Shown here piece after piece: positions 25,067 through 37,899 of a stretch of 64,000 bases of DNA. The stretch is from Mobula hypostoma (lineage: Eukaryota). A program made the translations under genes and the position numbers. A model generated the notes under the pieces. It did no database searches. It had not been told where the DNA came from and saw only the letters and a program-made list of their open reading frames with translations. Position 1 is the first letter of the stretch. Every line of letters begins with the position of its first letter. The DNA is taken from NCBI RefSeq assembly GCF_963921235.1, contig NC_086108.1, forward strand, positions 18,972,001-19,036,000. The letters run 5' to 3'.

Positions 25067-26630
25067 TTCCACTTTTCCAGTCTTTTTACAATTATTAGAA
25101 TTTCTCCAAGCTATCACAGTCTGATGAACTCTCACTTAGCTGTTCTGAAATCCAGCTGCCATAGTTAAGTTCACTCTCTCTCTGTATATCTTGTGCTGAT
25201 AGCCAATAGTTCAGTGTTTGATTGTGTCAATGTTCTAGCAGATGCCAATATTCATTCAGGTAGAATGCTTCAGCATCCATATCATACAGACTAATTATTA
25301 CTGTTTAATGTTCAATTCTGTGAGCTTTCTTGTTGTATGAATGTGGTTATTAGTGTTACCTGTTAAATTCTGTATGAGTATTAATGTGGTGAATGGAACA
25401 GAATGTAAAATCTGACCATCGTTTAATTCTGTGTTAGCTCTCTAAAACAAGTTTCCCAGTGATACTATTAACCCACTCCTACTCCATAGCCAGGAATATT
25501 TCTTATAACAGATTATATATCCATTTCCCTTTTGGGAGTCACTATTAGATCTGTTTCCACAACCACCCGAAGCAGTGCGTTACAGATCAATACAATTTGC
25601 TGTATAAAAAACTTTCCCTGTTGTCTGCTGGTTATTGAACTAGTTAACCAAAATTAGTTTAAATCTCTACACTGCACATTCACTCAAATATTGCAATCCA
25701 TAGATCAATTCGGAGAATTGGGATTACAATCTAAAAAGTAGAGCCGGTGGATTCAGGAGAGAGTTTGGGGAACAGCTCTTTCTGTAAATGATGATGTGAT
25801 ACCATATATCCATTCTTAACTTTAACTCTGAGATCAGGACATCTTGTTGTATGTGAGCTATGAAGCTAAGTGTCATGGTTGGATATAATGTAAGTCAGCT
25901 ATAATTCCACTGAAAGAGTTGGAAGACATAATGTCTTCTGAAGATACACAACAATGGACTGTGTCCAATTTTTCCAAAAATAGCAGTTGGTGTACAGCCA
26001 CTCAAAGACTGGCATCTATACATAAAGTTCAGCACTAAGTGACATACTAGGGGATATGAGCAAAAGAGGGGCTTTTAAAACTGAGATATTGCCAGACATG
26101 TGACCGTTGTAGATCAGTGAGCATGGGGTAGCTGATGGACTGAGTGAGTTTATGGACTACGCTTGACGGGCAACGGTACCTAGAAAACTGGGCAAAATCT
26201 CTTAGCCCCTAAAGCCTGAGATTATAGCTTCTGCCTTTTAGGCAAATCATCATTTAAACTTCTAAACTGCAGAATGCACTGTTCTAGTTTGCCTCACCTT
26301 TCTGTGGAATTCATCTGCAGTGGTTTGTAAATCCACATTGCACTCTTTCTGGGGTCAATGCACCCTAAGGCACATTGGTTAGAATCTCACAGCTTTCAAG
26401 GTGTGTTTTTTTGTAACCAGAGACTCATTCTGTTACAGCAAACAGCTCGAATTAAAAGGTCAGAATTTCAATAGATCCTTTGATTCTGGTTTGTACTTGT
26501 CTAAGATACTTCAGAGGTCTATGTTTGTTGTCACCCTACATTTCCACTGATTTTAACTTTACACCATTTAGAAAGTATTCTGTTCCATCCTATTTAAATC
26601 CAAAGTGGGTGACTTCACATTATCTTCACA

Positions 26631-27138
26631 TGATGTCAACAAAATTGAGAGAGTACAGAGAAGATTTACTAGAATGTTACCTGGGTTTCATCTCCTAAGT
26701 TACAGAGGAAGTTTGAACAAGTTGAACCTCTATTCCTTGGAGCGTAGAAGGTTGAGGAGGGACTTGATAGAGGTATTTAAAATTATGAGGGGGATAGATA
26801 GAGTTGACGTGGCTTTTTCCATTGAGAGTGGGAGAGATTCAAACAGGAGGACATGAGTTGAGAGTTAAGGGCAAAAGTTTAGGGGTAACATGAGGGGGAA
26901 CTCCTTTACTCAGAGGGTGGTAGCTGTGTGGAACGAGCTTCCAGCAGAAGTGATTGAGGCAGGTTCAATGTTGTCATTTAAAGTTAAATTGGATAGCTCT
27001 ATGGACAGGAAAGGAATGGAGGGTTATGGGCTGAGTGCAGGTTGGTGGAACTAGGTGAGAGTAAGATTTCAGCACAGACCAGAAGGGCCGAGATAGCCTG
27101 TTTCTGTGCTGTAATTGTTATATGGTTATATGGTTATA
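26631..27138 (+). mobile_element. CR1 LINE 3' fragment, (GGTTATAT)n-tailed subfamily
   Basis: KIERVQRRFTRMLPG...LERRRLRRDLIEV; tail GTTATATGGTTATATGGTTATAT. Confidence 0.9.
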
Positions 27139-29262
27139 TCTGTATTAGAATCTACCAACCTATGTTCCTGTTTTTTAATATTCCATTAATACCTCCCTAT
27201 AATTGAAAGGTAGCTCCCAATGTCACCCAGCTCAGTGTTCTGGACTAACTTAGATCCATGGCTTTCTAGCTCATCCGTTCATCATTAATAATTACAGTGC
27301 AGAACTGCACTAGATCCACAAGTTACACCCTATCAGTTGAAGGACCTTTTCTGTCCAACTTGCTAACCTTCCCTTGTTCCATCCACTTCTGTTCACAATC
27401 TTTTAAAAGGGATGTTACCAATTACTTCCTGGCCTATAAATAACATGACAGACATTTCCTCTCCACTATTCTATCACTTCCTCAAAGATGCTCAGGTTCA
27501 TATATCCATTTTAGGGCTCACCAACTAACTAGAAAGTTTCAGGTTCTGGAACTCTTCCCTTAATTACACACTCAAGTAAATTCCTTATGGATTTAAACCA
27601 AACTTTGCTCTGTAATTCCTTTCCCCAATTTACCACATTGAATTCACTTTCAGAATCTAGAATATGGGGAATTATTCCTTGTTTCCCCCTTTGGAAAGAT
27701 TTTCCTTTTACGTGTGACTACTTGAGCAGAAGGCTGCCTGTGAACATTGGGGATCCACTCAACATCCAGTAGACCACTGCTGAAAGACATGATCTGAGCC
27801 ATGGTCTGAAAGGACAGTCCCAATCACAGTTCATACTAATTATCACGGTCCACTTTCCCACTTCTTCCCCAGCTCTTCCTCAAATGGTTGAAACTGGTTC
27901 ACGTTTTTCCAAGAGATTTCAGTATCATGCACTGCACCGGACTGTTATTGGTGAAGTGCCAGTCATCCCAAAACCTGGGCCATCAATATGAGAAGTGGTC
28001 CTGTCTGACTCCATGAGGCTGGACTGTGATCCAACGTGATCTGAGCTGCATTCAAGGAGATTGTCTGAGGTCCTTGGTTCCTGCTGTTTTCCAACCATAC
28101 TTTCTGTAGGAGGTATCAGGGCATTTGAAGAATGATCATACAAGAAGCTACTATCATACCATCCTAGTTCAAACACAGTTTGCCTCAGTGCTCCCGGGCA
28201 AGGAAGTCTTCCCCTATTTACTTGCATTTTTGCTCCTGATCTAATTCCCTTTTGTATATTTGCTATCCCTTCTGGTAATACCAATCCTACATGTTCCACA
28301 AAATAAACATTTCCCCTGGGCTTTTATTTTGCTCATAGCATCTGGTTATTGATCCTTCAGCCATTTATACGTTCAGAGTTCAATGTCCCTGTCACACCTT
28401 TCTCTCTCCCTCCCCTCCTCCAAGATATAACACTGAAACATTATGCCTGACCCTCTGAGCCATTCCAGCCTTTTCTGATTCTATCCCAGCTCGTCTTGTC
28501 TTCCCTGGAGTCATTCCGTTAAATCTTTTCTGTTCCTTCACTAGAACCTTCATGTCTTGGTAGCGGTGCCCTTCTCCATCTGGGGCCAAGCTATATTTTA
28601 TATGGATTTAGCCCCACTTCCTGCCCTCTTGAACTCTCTGCCTCTGTTTACGATGCCTAATATCCTGTATTATTTATTGGCTCCTTTGTTAAACATGCCG
28701 TCGCTTGCACCTTTAAAGATTTTCGCACAGCCACACACAGAGTTTTCTGTTCATATGTCCAATCTTTCCTGCTAAATTGTATCATCTAAGTGCATTCCTG
28801 TATTGAATGTCGAAAGCCATCTACCTGCTTATTATGTGTCTCTTGAAGTCTCTTACAACCTCACTTTTTATTACACATTCTTGTCTTCTGCAAAATTGTG
28901 CTCTGGACCCCCAGAATTTAAGGTCATGACTATTTACCAAAAACTCCAGCAATAGCTGGGAGGACAACACCGTGTACCTCTCACTCATCCAGAATTCAAC
29001 CACGTACCACAGCCTCCTATTTCCGATCAAGCCAGTTGTGCATCTAACCTATTACTGCCCTGTTTTTCCAGGCAAACAAGCCTGCTGGGTGAAACCAAAT
29101 CTGGAGGGTGTGAGTTTATGGGGAAAGGGGAAAAATTTAAAGGACAAGGATTTCACAGAGAAGAATGGTGAGTATATTGAATGGGCTCTCAGGTGAAGTG
29201 GTAGACATGGGTACAACTACAATGCTTATGATGCACTTGGACAGGTAGATAGGAAAGGTTTA

Positions 29263-29342
29263 CAGGGGTTCCCAACTCAGGGTACACCAACCCCTTGGTT
29301 AATGGTAGGGATCCATGGCATAAAAAAGGTTGGAAACACCTG
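29263..29342. mobile_element. 80-bp hAT-type MITE in an old CR1 3' end
   Basis: TIRs CAGGGGTTCCCAAC / GTTGGAAACACCTG; reverse orientation of 907-986. Confidence 0.75.
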
Positions 29343-29587
29343 GTCTGGAGGGATTTGAGCCAAACAGGGGTTCAGGTAGGCACCTTGGTCAGCAAGGACA
29401 ATTTGGACTGAAGAGCCAGCTGTACAACTGTATAACTCTATGACTCTGTGAGAAGCAGGAGTAAACCATTCCTCAATATCATTCAATATGTTCATGGCTG
29501 ATCTGCCCCAGACCTAATCTCCTGCTTTGTGCCAGATCCTCAATTCTCTGATTGTTCAAAAATGTATATGCCCCTTTAAATACGCCC

Positions 29588-32328
29588 CGTGATTCTCAAT
29601 ATTCCTGGATTTCAGTGCTTTAAAAGGGATAGAGAGGGTGGAAAAAGGGGAGGAGGGGTGGCATTACTGGTCAGGGATACTATTACAACTACAGAAAGGG
29701 TGGGTAATGTAGCACGATCCTCTTTTGAGTCAATATGGGTGGAAGTCAGGAACAGGAAGGGAGCAGTTACTCTATTGGGGCTATTCTATAGGCCCCCTGG
29801 TAGCAGCAGAGATACAGAGGAGCAGATGGGGAGGCAGATTTTGGAAAGGTGCAAAAATAACAGGGTTGTTATCATGGGTGACTTTAACTTCCCTAATATT
29901 GATTGGAACCTGATTAGTTCCAAGGGTTTAGATGGGGCAGAGTTTGTTAAGTGTGTCCAGGACGGATTCCTGTCACAGTATGTGGACAGGCTGACCGGGG
30001 AAATGCCATACTAGATCTAGTATGAGGTAATGAACTGGGTCAGGTCACAGATCTCTCAGTGGGTGAGCATCTGGGGGACAGTGACCACTGCTCCCTGGTC
30101 TTTAGCATTATCATGGAAAAGGATAGAATCAGAGAGGACAGGAAAATTTTTAAATGGGGAAGGCAAATTATGAGGCTATAAGGCTAGAACTTGCGGGGGT
30201 GAATTGGGATGATCTTTTTGCAGGGAAATGTGTTATGGACATGTGGTCGATGTTTAGAGATCTCTCACGGGATGTTAGGGATAAATTTGTCCCGGCGAGG
30301 AAGATAAAGAATGGTAGGGTGAAGGAACCATGGGTGACAAATGAGGTGGAAAATCTAGTCAGGTGGAAGAAGGCAGCATACATGAGATTTAGGAAGCAAG
30401 AATCAGATGGGTCTATTGAGGAATACAGGGAAGCAAGAAAGGAGGTTAAGGAGGGGCTGAGAAGAGCAAGAAGGGGACATGAGAAGGCCTTGGTGAGTAG
30501 GGTAAAGGAAAACCCCAAGCCATTCTTCAATTATGTGAAGAAAAAAAGGATGACAGGAGTGAAGGTAGGACCGATTGGAGATAAAGGTGGGAAGATGTGC
30601 CTGGAGGCTGTGGAAGTGAGCGAGGTCCTCAATGAATACTTCTCTTCGATATTCACCAATGAGAGGGAACTTGATTATGGTGAGGACAATATGAGTGAGG
30701 TTGATGTTCTGGAGCATGTTGATATTAAGGGAGAGGAGGTGTTGGAGTTGTTAAAATACATTCGGACAGATAAGTCCCCGGGGCCTGACGGAATATTCCC
30801 CAGACTGCTCCACGAGGCAAGAGAAGAGATTGCTGAGCTTCTGGCTAGGTTCTTTATATACTCGTTGTCCACGGGAATGGTACTGGAGGATTGGAGGGAG
30901 GCAAATGTTGTCCCCTTGTTCAAAAAAGGTAGTAGGGATAGTCCGTGTAATTATAGACCAGTGAGCCTTACGTCTGTGGTGGGAAAGCTGTTGGAAAAGA
31001 TTCTTAGAGATAGGATCTATAGGCATTTAGATGGTCTGGGGAAGAGGTCATGATCTGATCAGGGACAGTCAGCATGGCTTTGTGAAGGGCAGATCGTGTC
31101 TAACCAGCCTGATAGAGTTCTTTGACGAGGTGACCAGGCATATAGATGAGGGTAGTGCAGTGGATGTGATCTAAATGGATTTTAGTAAGGCATTTGACAA
31201 GGTTCCACACGGTAGGCTCATTCAGAAAGTCAGAAGGCATGGGATCCGGGGAAGTTTGGCCAGGTGGATTCAGAATTGGCTTGCCTGCAGAAGGCAGAGG
31301 GTGGTGGTGGAGGGAGTACATTCAGATTGGAGGATTGTGACTAGTGGTGTCCCACAAGGATCTGTTCTGGGACCTCGACTTTTCGTGATTTTTATTAACG
31401 ACCTGGATGTGAGGGTAGAAGGGTGGGTTGGCAAGTTTGCAGACAACACAAAGGTTGGTGGTGTTGTAGATAGTGTAGAGGATTATCAAAGATTGCAGGG
31501 GGACATTGATAGGATGCAGAAGTAGGCTGAGAAGTGGCAGATGGAGTTCAACCCGGAGAAGTGTGAGGTGGTACACTTTGGAAGGACAAACTCCAAGGCA
31601 GAGTACAAAGTAAATGGTAGGATACTTGGTAGCGTGGAGGAGCAGAGGGATCTCCGGGTACATGTCCACAGATCCCTGAAAGTTGCCTCACAGGTGGATA
31701 GGGTAGTTAAGAAATCTTATGGGGTGTTAGCTGTCATAAGTCGAGGGATGGAGTTTAAGAGTCGCGATGTGATGATGCAGCTCTATCAAACTCTGGTTAG
31801 GCCACACTTGGAGTACTGTGTCCAGTTCTGGTCACCTCACTATAGGAAGGATGTGGAAGCATTGGAAAGGGTACAGAGGAGATTTACCAGGATGCTGCCT
31901 GGTTTAGAAAGTATGCATTATGATCAGAGATTAAGGGAGCTAGGGCTTTACTCTTTGGAGAGAAGGAGGATGAGAGGAGACATGATAGAGGTGTACAAGA
32001 TAATAAGAGGAATAGATAGAGTGGATAGCCAGTGCCTCTTCCCCAGGGCACCACTGCTCAATACAAGAGGACATAGCTTTAAGGTAAGGGGTGGGAAGTT
32101 CAAGGGGGATATTCGAGGAAGGTTTTTTACTCAGAGAGTGGTTGGTGCGTGGAATGCACTGCCTGAGTCAGTGGTGGAGGCAGATACACTAGTGAAGTTT
32201 GAGAGACTACTAGACAGGTATATGGAGGAATTTAAGTTGGGGGCTTATATGGGAGGCAGGGTTTGAGGGTCGGCACAACACTGTGGGCCGAAGGGCCTGT
32301 ACTGTGCTGTACTATTCTATGTTCTATG
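29588..32328 (+). mobile_element. 5'-truncated CR1 LINE, ORF2 broken; sister of 5146-8260
   Basis: ORFs 29589-30014, 30154-31053, 31175-31525 and 31541-32266 nearly identical in protein to the minus-strand copy; TTCTATGTTCTATG tail. Confidence 0.95.
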
Positions 32329-32924
32329 TGATCTAAATTCCAGAAGTGTCCAGGATAGAGAACAACAATCTCTGTAAGAAGTTCTCACACAGCTCCACTT
32401 TCACGACCATCCTGTTACTTGTAACTATGTTCCCTCATTCAAGATCTCACTACAATCTACTGGACATTGAGAACATGGAGAGTAACACTGTTCCGTTTGG
32501 TCACATTCATGGGTATTTATGTATGGTTGAATGACAATTAAACTTAAACTTAAACTTGAAGAGGTTTCCACTAATATGAGATTCTGGGATATAAGGAAGC
32601 AGCTTCAGGAAAATGTGACATCCTGCTAAAACTGAAATGAGGAGAAATTTCTTTAGCCAACGTATGATGAATCTGTGGAATTCATTGCCGCATTTGGCTG
32701 TGAAAGCCAAGTCAGTGGGTGTATTTAAGACAGAGACTGATAAGGTTTTGAGTGGTAAAGGGGCTAAGGCTTATAAGGAAAAGGTGGTAGAATGGGGTTG
32801 CAAAAGTAAAAGTCAGTGTCAATTGAATGGCTGAGTCGATTCAATGAGAAAAATGGTATAATCTCACTCCTGTATCTTATGACCTAAGACTCTCCAGGAA
32901 ACAAAAGCAGATTTATTATTATAG

Positions 32925-33237
32925 TTTCCACTGAAGCAAGGGGAGAAAAAAACCAGAGGACATGGGTTAAGGGTGAGGGGGGAAAAGTTTAAAGGGAACA
33001 TTAGGGGGGGCTTCTTCACACAGAGAGTGGTGGGAGTATGGAATGAGCTGCCAGACGAGGTGGTAAATGCAGGTTCTTTTTTAACATTTAAGAATAAATT
33101 GGACAGATACATGGATGGGAGGTGTATGGAGGGATATGGTCTGTGTGCAGGTCAGTGGGACTAGGCAGAAAATGGTTCGGCACAGCCAAGGAGGGCCAAA
33201 AGGCCTGTTTCCGTGCTGTGGTTTCTATGGTTTTATG
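32925..33237 (+). mobile_element. CR1 3' fragment, near-identical to the 3' end of 33969-38240
   Basis: Reverse complement of 33969-34280 with few substitutions. Confidence 0.92.
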
Positions 33238-34039
33238 TGTGGATTTTCAGAAGTTCTTTGACAAGGTGCCACACATGAAGCAGCTATACAAGATAAGAGC
33301 CCATGATGCTCACTTCTATGTGAGCCCATGCTTCTATGCTCACTTTAATTGTCAAAATATGGAGGAACCTTCACAAACTCCCACAGCCACCGATAGCCCT
33401 GTGATATCAGTCCCTGAAGTCTGTTATAGCATCCTTCAGGAGGGTGAAACCACGGAAAGCATCCGGCCAAGATGGGGTACCTGGCCGAGTACTAAAGACC
33501 TGTGCTGGAGTGTTCACCAACATCTTTAACCTCTCACTTTGACAGTCTGAAGTACCCACCTGCTTCAAGCAGGCCTCAGAAGAGGTGCCTAAGAAGAACA
33601 TGGTAACCTGCCTCAATGATTATCATCCAGCAGTCACTGATGAAGTGTTTTGAGAGGTTGGTAATGAAATATTACAGAGAAGTGACTTGGATTGCTCCAA
33701 TTTGCCTGCTGGTACAACAAGTCCACAGCATTAGCCCATTTCATTGGCTCTTCTCTGAACCCTGGAAGATTTGGACAGCAAAGATGGATACAATAGGATG
33801 CTCTTTATCAACACATCCTCTCAAAACTAATCAATAAGCCTCAATCCATCCACGTAGAATTGGAGCCTTGATTTCCTCACTTGTAAACCCCAGTCAGTTT
33901 GGATTGGCAACAATATCTCCTCCACAGTCTCCATCAGAACAGGTGCATCGCAAAGCTGTGTGCTTAGCCATAGAACCATAGAAACTACAGCACGGAAACA
34001 GGCCTTTTGGCCCTTCTTGGCTGTGCCAAACCATTTCCT

Positions 34040-36925
34040 GCCTAGTCCCACTGACCTGCACACGGACCATATCCCTCCATACACCTCCCATCCATGTATC
34101 TGTCCAATTTATTCTTAAATGTTAAAAAAGAACCCGCATTTACCACCTCGTCTGGCAGCTCATTCCATACTCCCACCACTCTCTGTGTGAAGAAACCCCT
34201 CCAATGTTCCCTTTAAACTTTTCCCCCCTCACCCTTAACCCATGTCCTCTGGTTTTTTTCTCCCCTTGCCTCAGTGGAAAAAGCCTGCTTGCATTCACTC
34301 TATCTATACCCATTATAATTTTATATACCTCTATCAAATCTCCCCTCATTCTTCTACGCTCCAGGGAATAAAGTCCTAACCTATTCAACCTTTCTCTGTA
34401 ACTGAGTTTCTCAAGTCCCGGCAACATCCTTGTAAACCTTCTCTGCACTCTTTCAACCTTATTTATATCCTTCCTGTAATTTGGTGACCAAAACTGAACA
34501 CAATACTCCAGATTTGGCCTCACCAATGCCTTATACAACCTCATCATAACATTCCAGCTCTTATACTCAATACTTTGATTAATAAAGGCCAATGTACCAA
34601 AAGCTCTCTTTACGACCCTATCTACCTGTGACGCCACTTTAGGGAATTTTGTATCTGTATTCCCAGATCCCTCTGTTCCACTGCACTCTTCAGTGCCTTA
34701 GCATTAACCCTGTATGTTCTACCTTGGTTTGTCCTTCCAACGTGCAATACCTCACACTTGTCAGTATTAAACACCATCTGCCATTTTTCAGCCCAGTTTT
34801 CCAGCTGGTCCAAGTCCCTCTGCAGGCTCTGAAAACCTTCCTCACTGTCTACTACACCTCCAATCTTTGTATCATCAGCAAATTTGCTGATCCAATTTAC
34901 CACATTATCATCCAGATCATTGATATAGATGACAAATAACAATGGACCCAGCACTGATCCCTGTGGCACACCATTAGTCACAGCCCTCCACTCGGAGAAG
35001 CAATTCTCTACTACCACTCTTTGGCTTCTTCCATTGAGCCAATGTCTAATCCAATTTACCACCTCTCCATGTATACCTAGCAACTGAATTTTCCTAACTA
35101 ACCTCCCATGCGGGACCTTGTCAAAGGCCTTACTGAAGTCCATGTAGACAATATCCACTGCCTTCCCTTCATCCACTTTCCTGGTAACCTCCTCGAAAAA
35201 CTCCAACAGATTGGTCAAACATGACCTACCACGCACAAAGCCATGTTGACTCTCCCTAATAAGTCCCTGTCTATCCAAATGCTTGTAGATTCTGTCTCTT
35301 AGTACTCCCTCCAATAACTTACCTACTACCGACGTTAAATTTATTGGCCTATAATTTCCCGGATTACTTTTCGATCCTTTTTTAAACAATGGAACAACAT
35401 GAGCCACTCTCCAATCCTCCGGCACCTCACCTGTAGACAGCGACATTTTAAATATTTCTGCCAGGGCCCCTGAAATTTCAACACTAGTCTCCTTCAAGGT
35501 CTGAGGGAACACCCTGTCAGGTCCCAGGGAGTTATCCACTTTAATTTTCCTCAAGACAGCAAGCACCTCCTCCTTTTCGATCTGTACAGTTTCCATGATC
35601 TCACTACTTGTTTCCCTTAATGCCATAGACTTCATGCCAGTTTCCTTAGTAAATACAGACACAAAAAACCTATTTAAGATCTTCCCCATTTCCTTTGGTT
35701 CCGCACACAGCCGACCACTCTGATCTTCAAGAGGACCAATTTTATCCCTTACAATCCTTTTGCTCTTAATATACCTGTAAAAGCTCTTTGGATTATCCTT
35801 CACTTTGACTGCCAAGGCAACCTCATGTCTTCTTTTAGCCCTCCTGATTTCTTTAAGTATTTTCTTGCACTTCTTATACTCCTCAAGCACCTTATTTACT
35901 CCCTGCTTCCTATATAGGTCATACAACTCCCTCTTCTTCTTTATCAGAGTTGCAATATCCCTTGAGAACCAAGGTTCCTTATTCCTATTCACTTTGCCTT
36001 TAATCCTGACAGGAACATACAAATTCTGCACTCTCAAAATTTCTCCTTTGAAGGTTTCCCACCTACCGATCACATCCTTGCCAGAGAACAACCTGTCCCA
36101 ATCCATGCTTTTTAGATCCTTTCTCATTTCTTCAAATTTGGCCTTCTTCCAGTTAAGAACCTCAACCCTGGGACCAGATCTATCTTTGTCCATGATCAAG
36201 TTGAAACTAATGGTGTTATGATCACTGGAGCCAAAGTGCTCCCCTACACAGACTTCCGTCACTTGTCCTAACTCGTTTCCTAACAGGAAATCCAATATTG
36301 CCTCCCCTCTAGTTGGTCCCTCTATATATTGATTTAGAAAACTTTCCTGAACACATTTTACAAACTCTAAACCATCTAGACCCCTAACAGTATGGGAGTC
36401 CCAATCAATATATGGAAAATTAAAATCCCCTACCACCACAACTTTATGTTTCCTGCAGTTGCCTGTTATCTCTCTGCAGATTTGCTCTTCCAATTCTCGT
36501 TGACTATTGGGTAGTCTGTAATACAATCCCACTAATGTGGCCATACCTTTCCTGTTTCTCAGCTCCACCCATAAGGACTCAGTAGACAAGCCCTCTAATC
36601 TGTCCTGCCTGAGCACTGCTGTAATATTTTCCCTAACAAGGAATGCTACTCCCCCACCTTTCATTCTTCTGCCTCGATCACATCTGAAACATCGGAACCC
36701 TAGAATATTAAGCTGCCAGTCCTGCCCCTCCTGTAGCAAGGTTTCACTAATTGCTATAACGTCATAATTCCATGTGTCAATCCACGCCCTCAACTCATCC
36801 GCCTTCCCCGCAATACTCCTAGTATTGAAATATATATACCTCAGAAGATTTTTACCACCACTCACAACCTTTCTATTAGCGGATTTGCTTGAACTTTTAA
36901 CATCATTTATTTTCACCCCAGCCAC
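34040..36925 (-). pseudogene. CR1 ORF2 (APE + RT), two late frameshifts
   Basis: 767-aa open frame through FADD; frameshifts near 34636 (KWRHR vs KVASQ) and near 34198. Confidence 0.93.
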
Positions 36926-36966
36926 ACTGTCAGCTCTGGCACTCTGGTTCCCATCCCCCTACAAAT

Positions 36967-37899
36967 CTAGTTTAAAGCCTCCCCAATAGCACTAACAAAC
37001 CTCCCTGAAAGGATATTGGTCCCCCTGTAGTTCAAGTGTAACCCGTCTCTCTTGTACAGGTCCCACCTGCCCCAGAAAAGGTCCCAATTATCCTGAAATC
37101 TGAAACCCTGCCCCCTACACCAGTCCCTCAGCCACTTGTTCATCCTCCAGAGCATCCTATTCCTACCCGCACTGGCATGTAGCACAGGTAGCAATCCTGA
37201 GATTACCACCCTCGAGGTCCTGCTTTTCAACTTCCTACCAAACTCTCTATACTCACTCTCCAGGACCTCCTCACTCTTCCTTGCTATGTCATTGGTACCG
37301 ATGTGCACCACGACATCTGGCTGATCACCCTCCCACTTCAGAATGTCATGCAATCGATCAGAGACATCCTTGATCCTGGCACCCGGGAGGCAACAAACCA
37401 TCCTGGATTCTCTGTCACGACCACAGAACCTCCTATCTGCACCTCTAACTATCGAGTCCCCAATCACTACCACTCTCCTCTTTTTTCCCCCTCCCTTCTG
37501 CACTGCAGAGCCAGACTCAGTGCCAGAGATCCAGCTACTGCAGCTTGTCCCAGGTAAGTCATCCCCCCCAACAGTATCCAATGCGGTATACTTGTTGTGA
37601 GGGTAATGGCCACAGGGGAACCCTGCTCTGCCTGCCCTTTCCTCTTCCCTCGCCTGACAGTGACCTGACAGTGTCCTCTGCTCCTTTGGCGTAACTACCT
37701 CCCTGTAGCTACTATCTATAATCTCCTCATTCTCCCGAATGATCCGCAGGTCATCCAGCTCCTGCTCCAGTTCCCTAACGCGGTTTGTTAGGAGCTGCAG
37801 CTGGATGCACTTCTTGCAGGTGTCGTTGTCAGGGACACCGGAGGGTTCCCTGACTTCCCACATCCTGCAAGAGGAGCATTCCAACATCCTGCCTGGCAT
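36967..37899 (-). CDS. CR1 ORF1p with Cys finger, coiled coil and SGNH esterase
   Basis: MPGRMLECSSC...CKKC, IGDSIVRG, HIGTND, DGLH; frame stays open but is locally shifted around 37595-37680. Confidence 0.85.
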   Translation of the reverse strand: MPGRMLECSSCRMWEVREPSGVPDNDTCKKCIQLQLLTNRVRELEQELDDLRIIRENEEIIDSSYREVVTPKEQRTLSGHCQAREEERAGRAGFPCGHYPHNKYTALDTVGGDDLPGTSCSSWISGTESGSAVQKGGGKKRRVVVIGDSIVRGADRRFCGRDRESRMVCCLPGARIKDVSDRLHDILKWEGDQPDVVVHIGTNDIARKSEEVLESEYREFGRKLKSRTSRVVISGLLPVLHASAGRNRMLWRMNKWLRDWCRGQGFRFQDNWDLFWGRWDLYKRDGLHLNYRGTNILSGRFVSAIGEALN

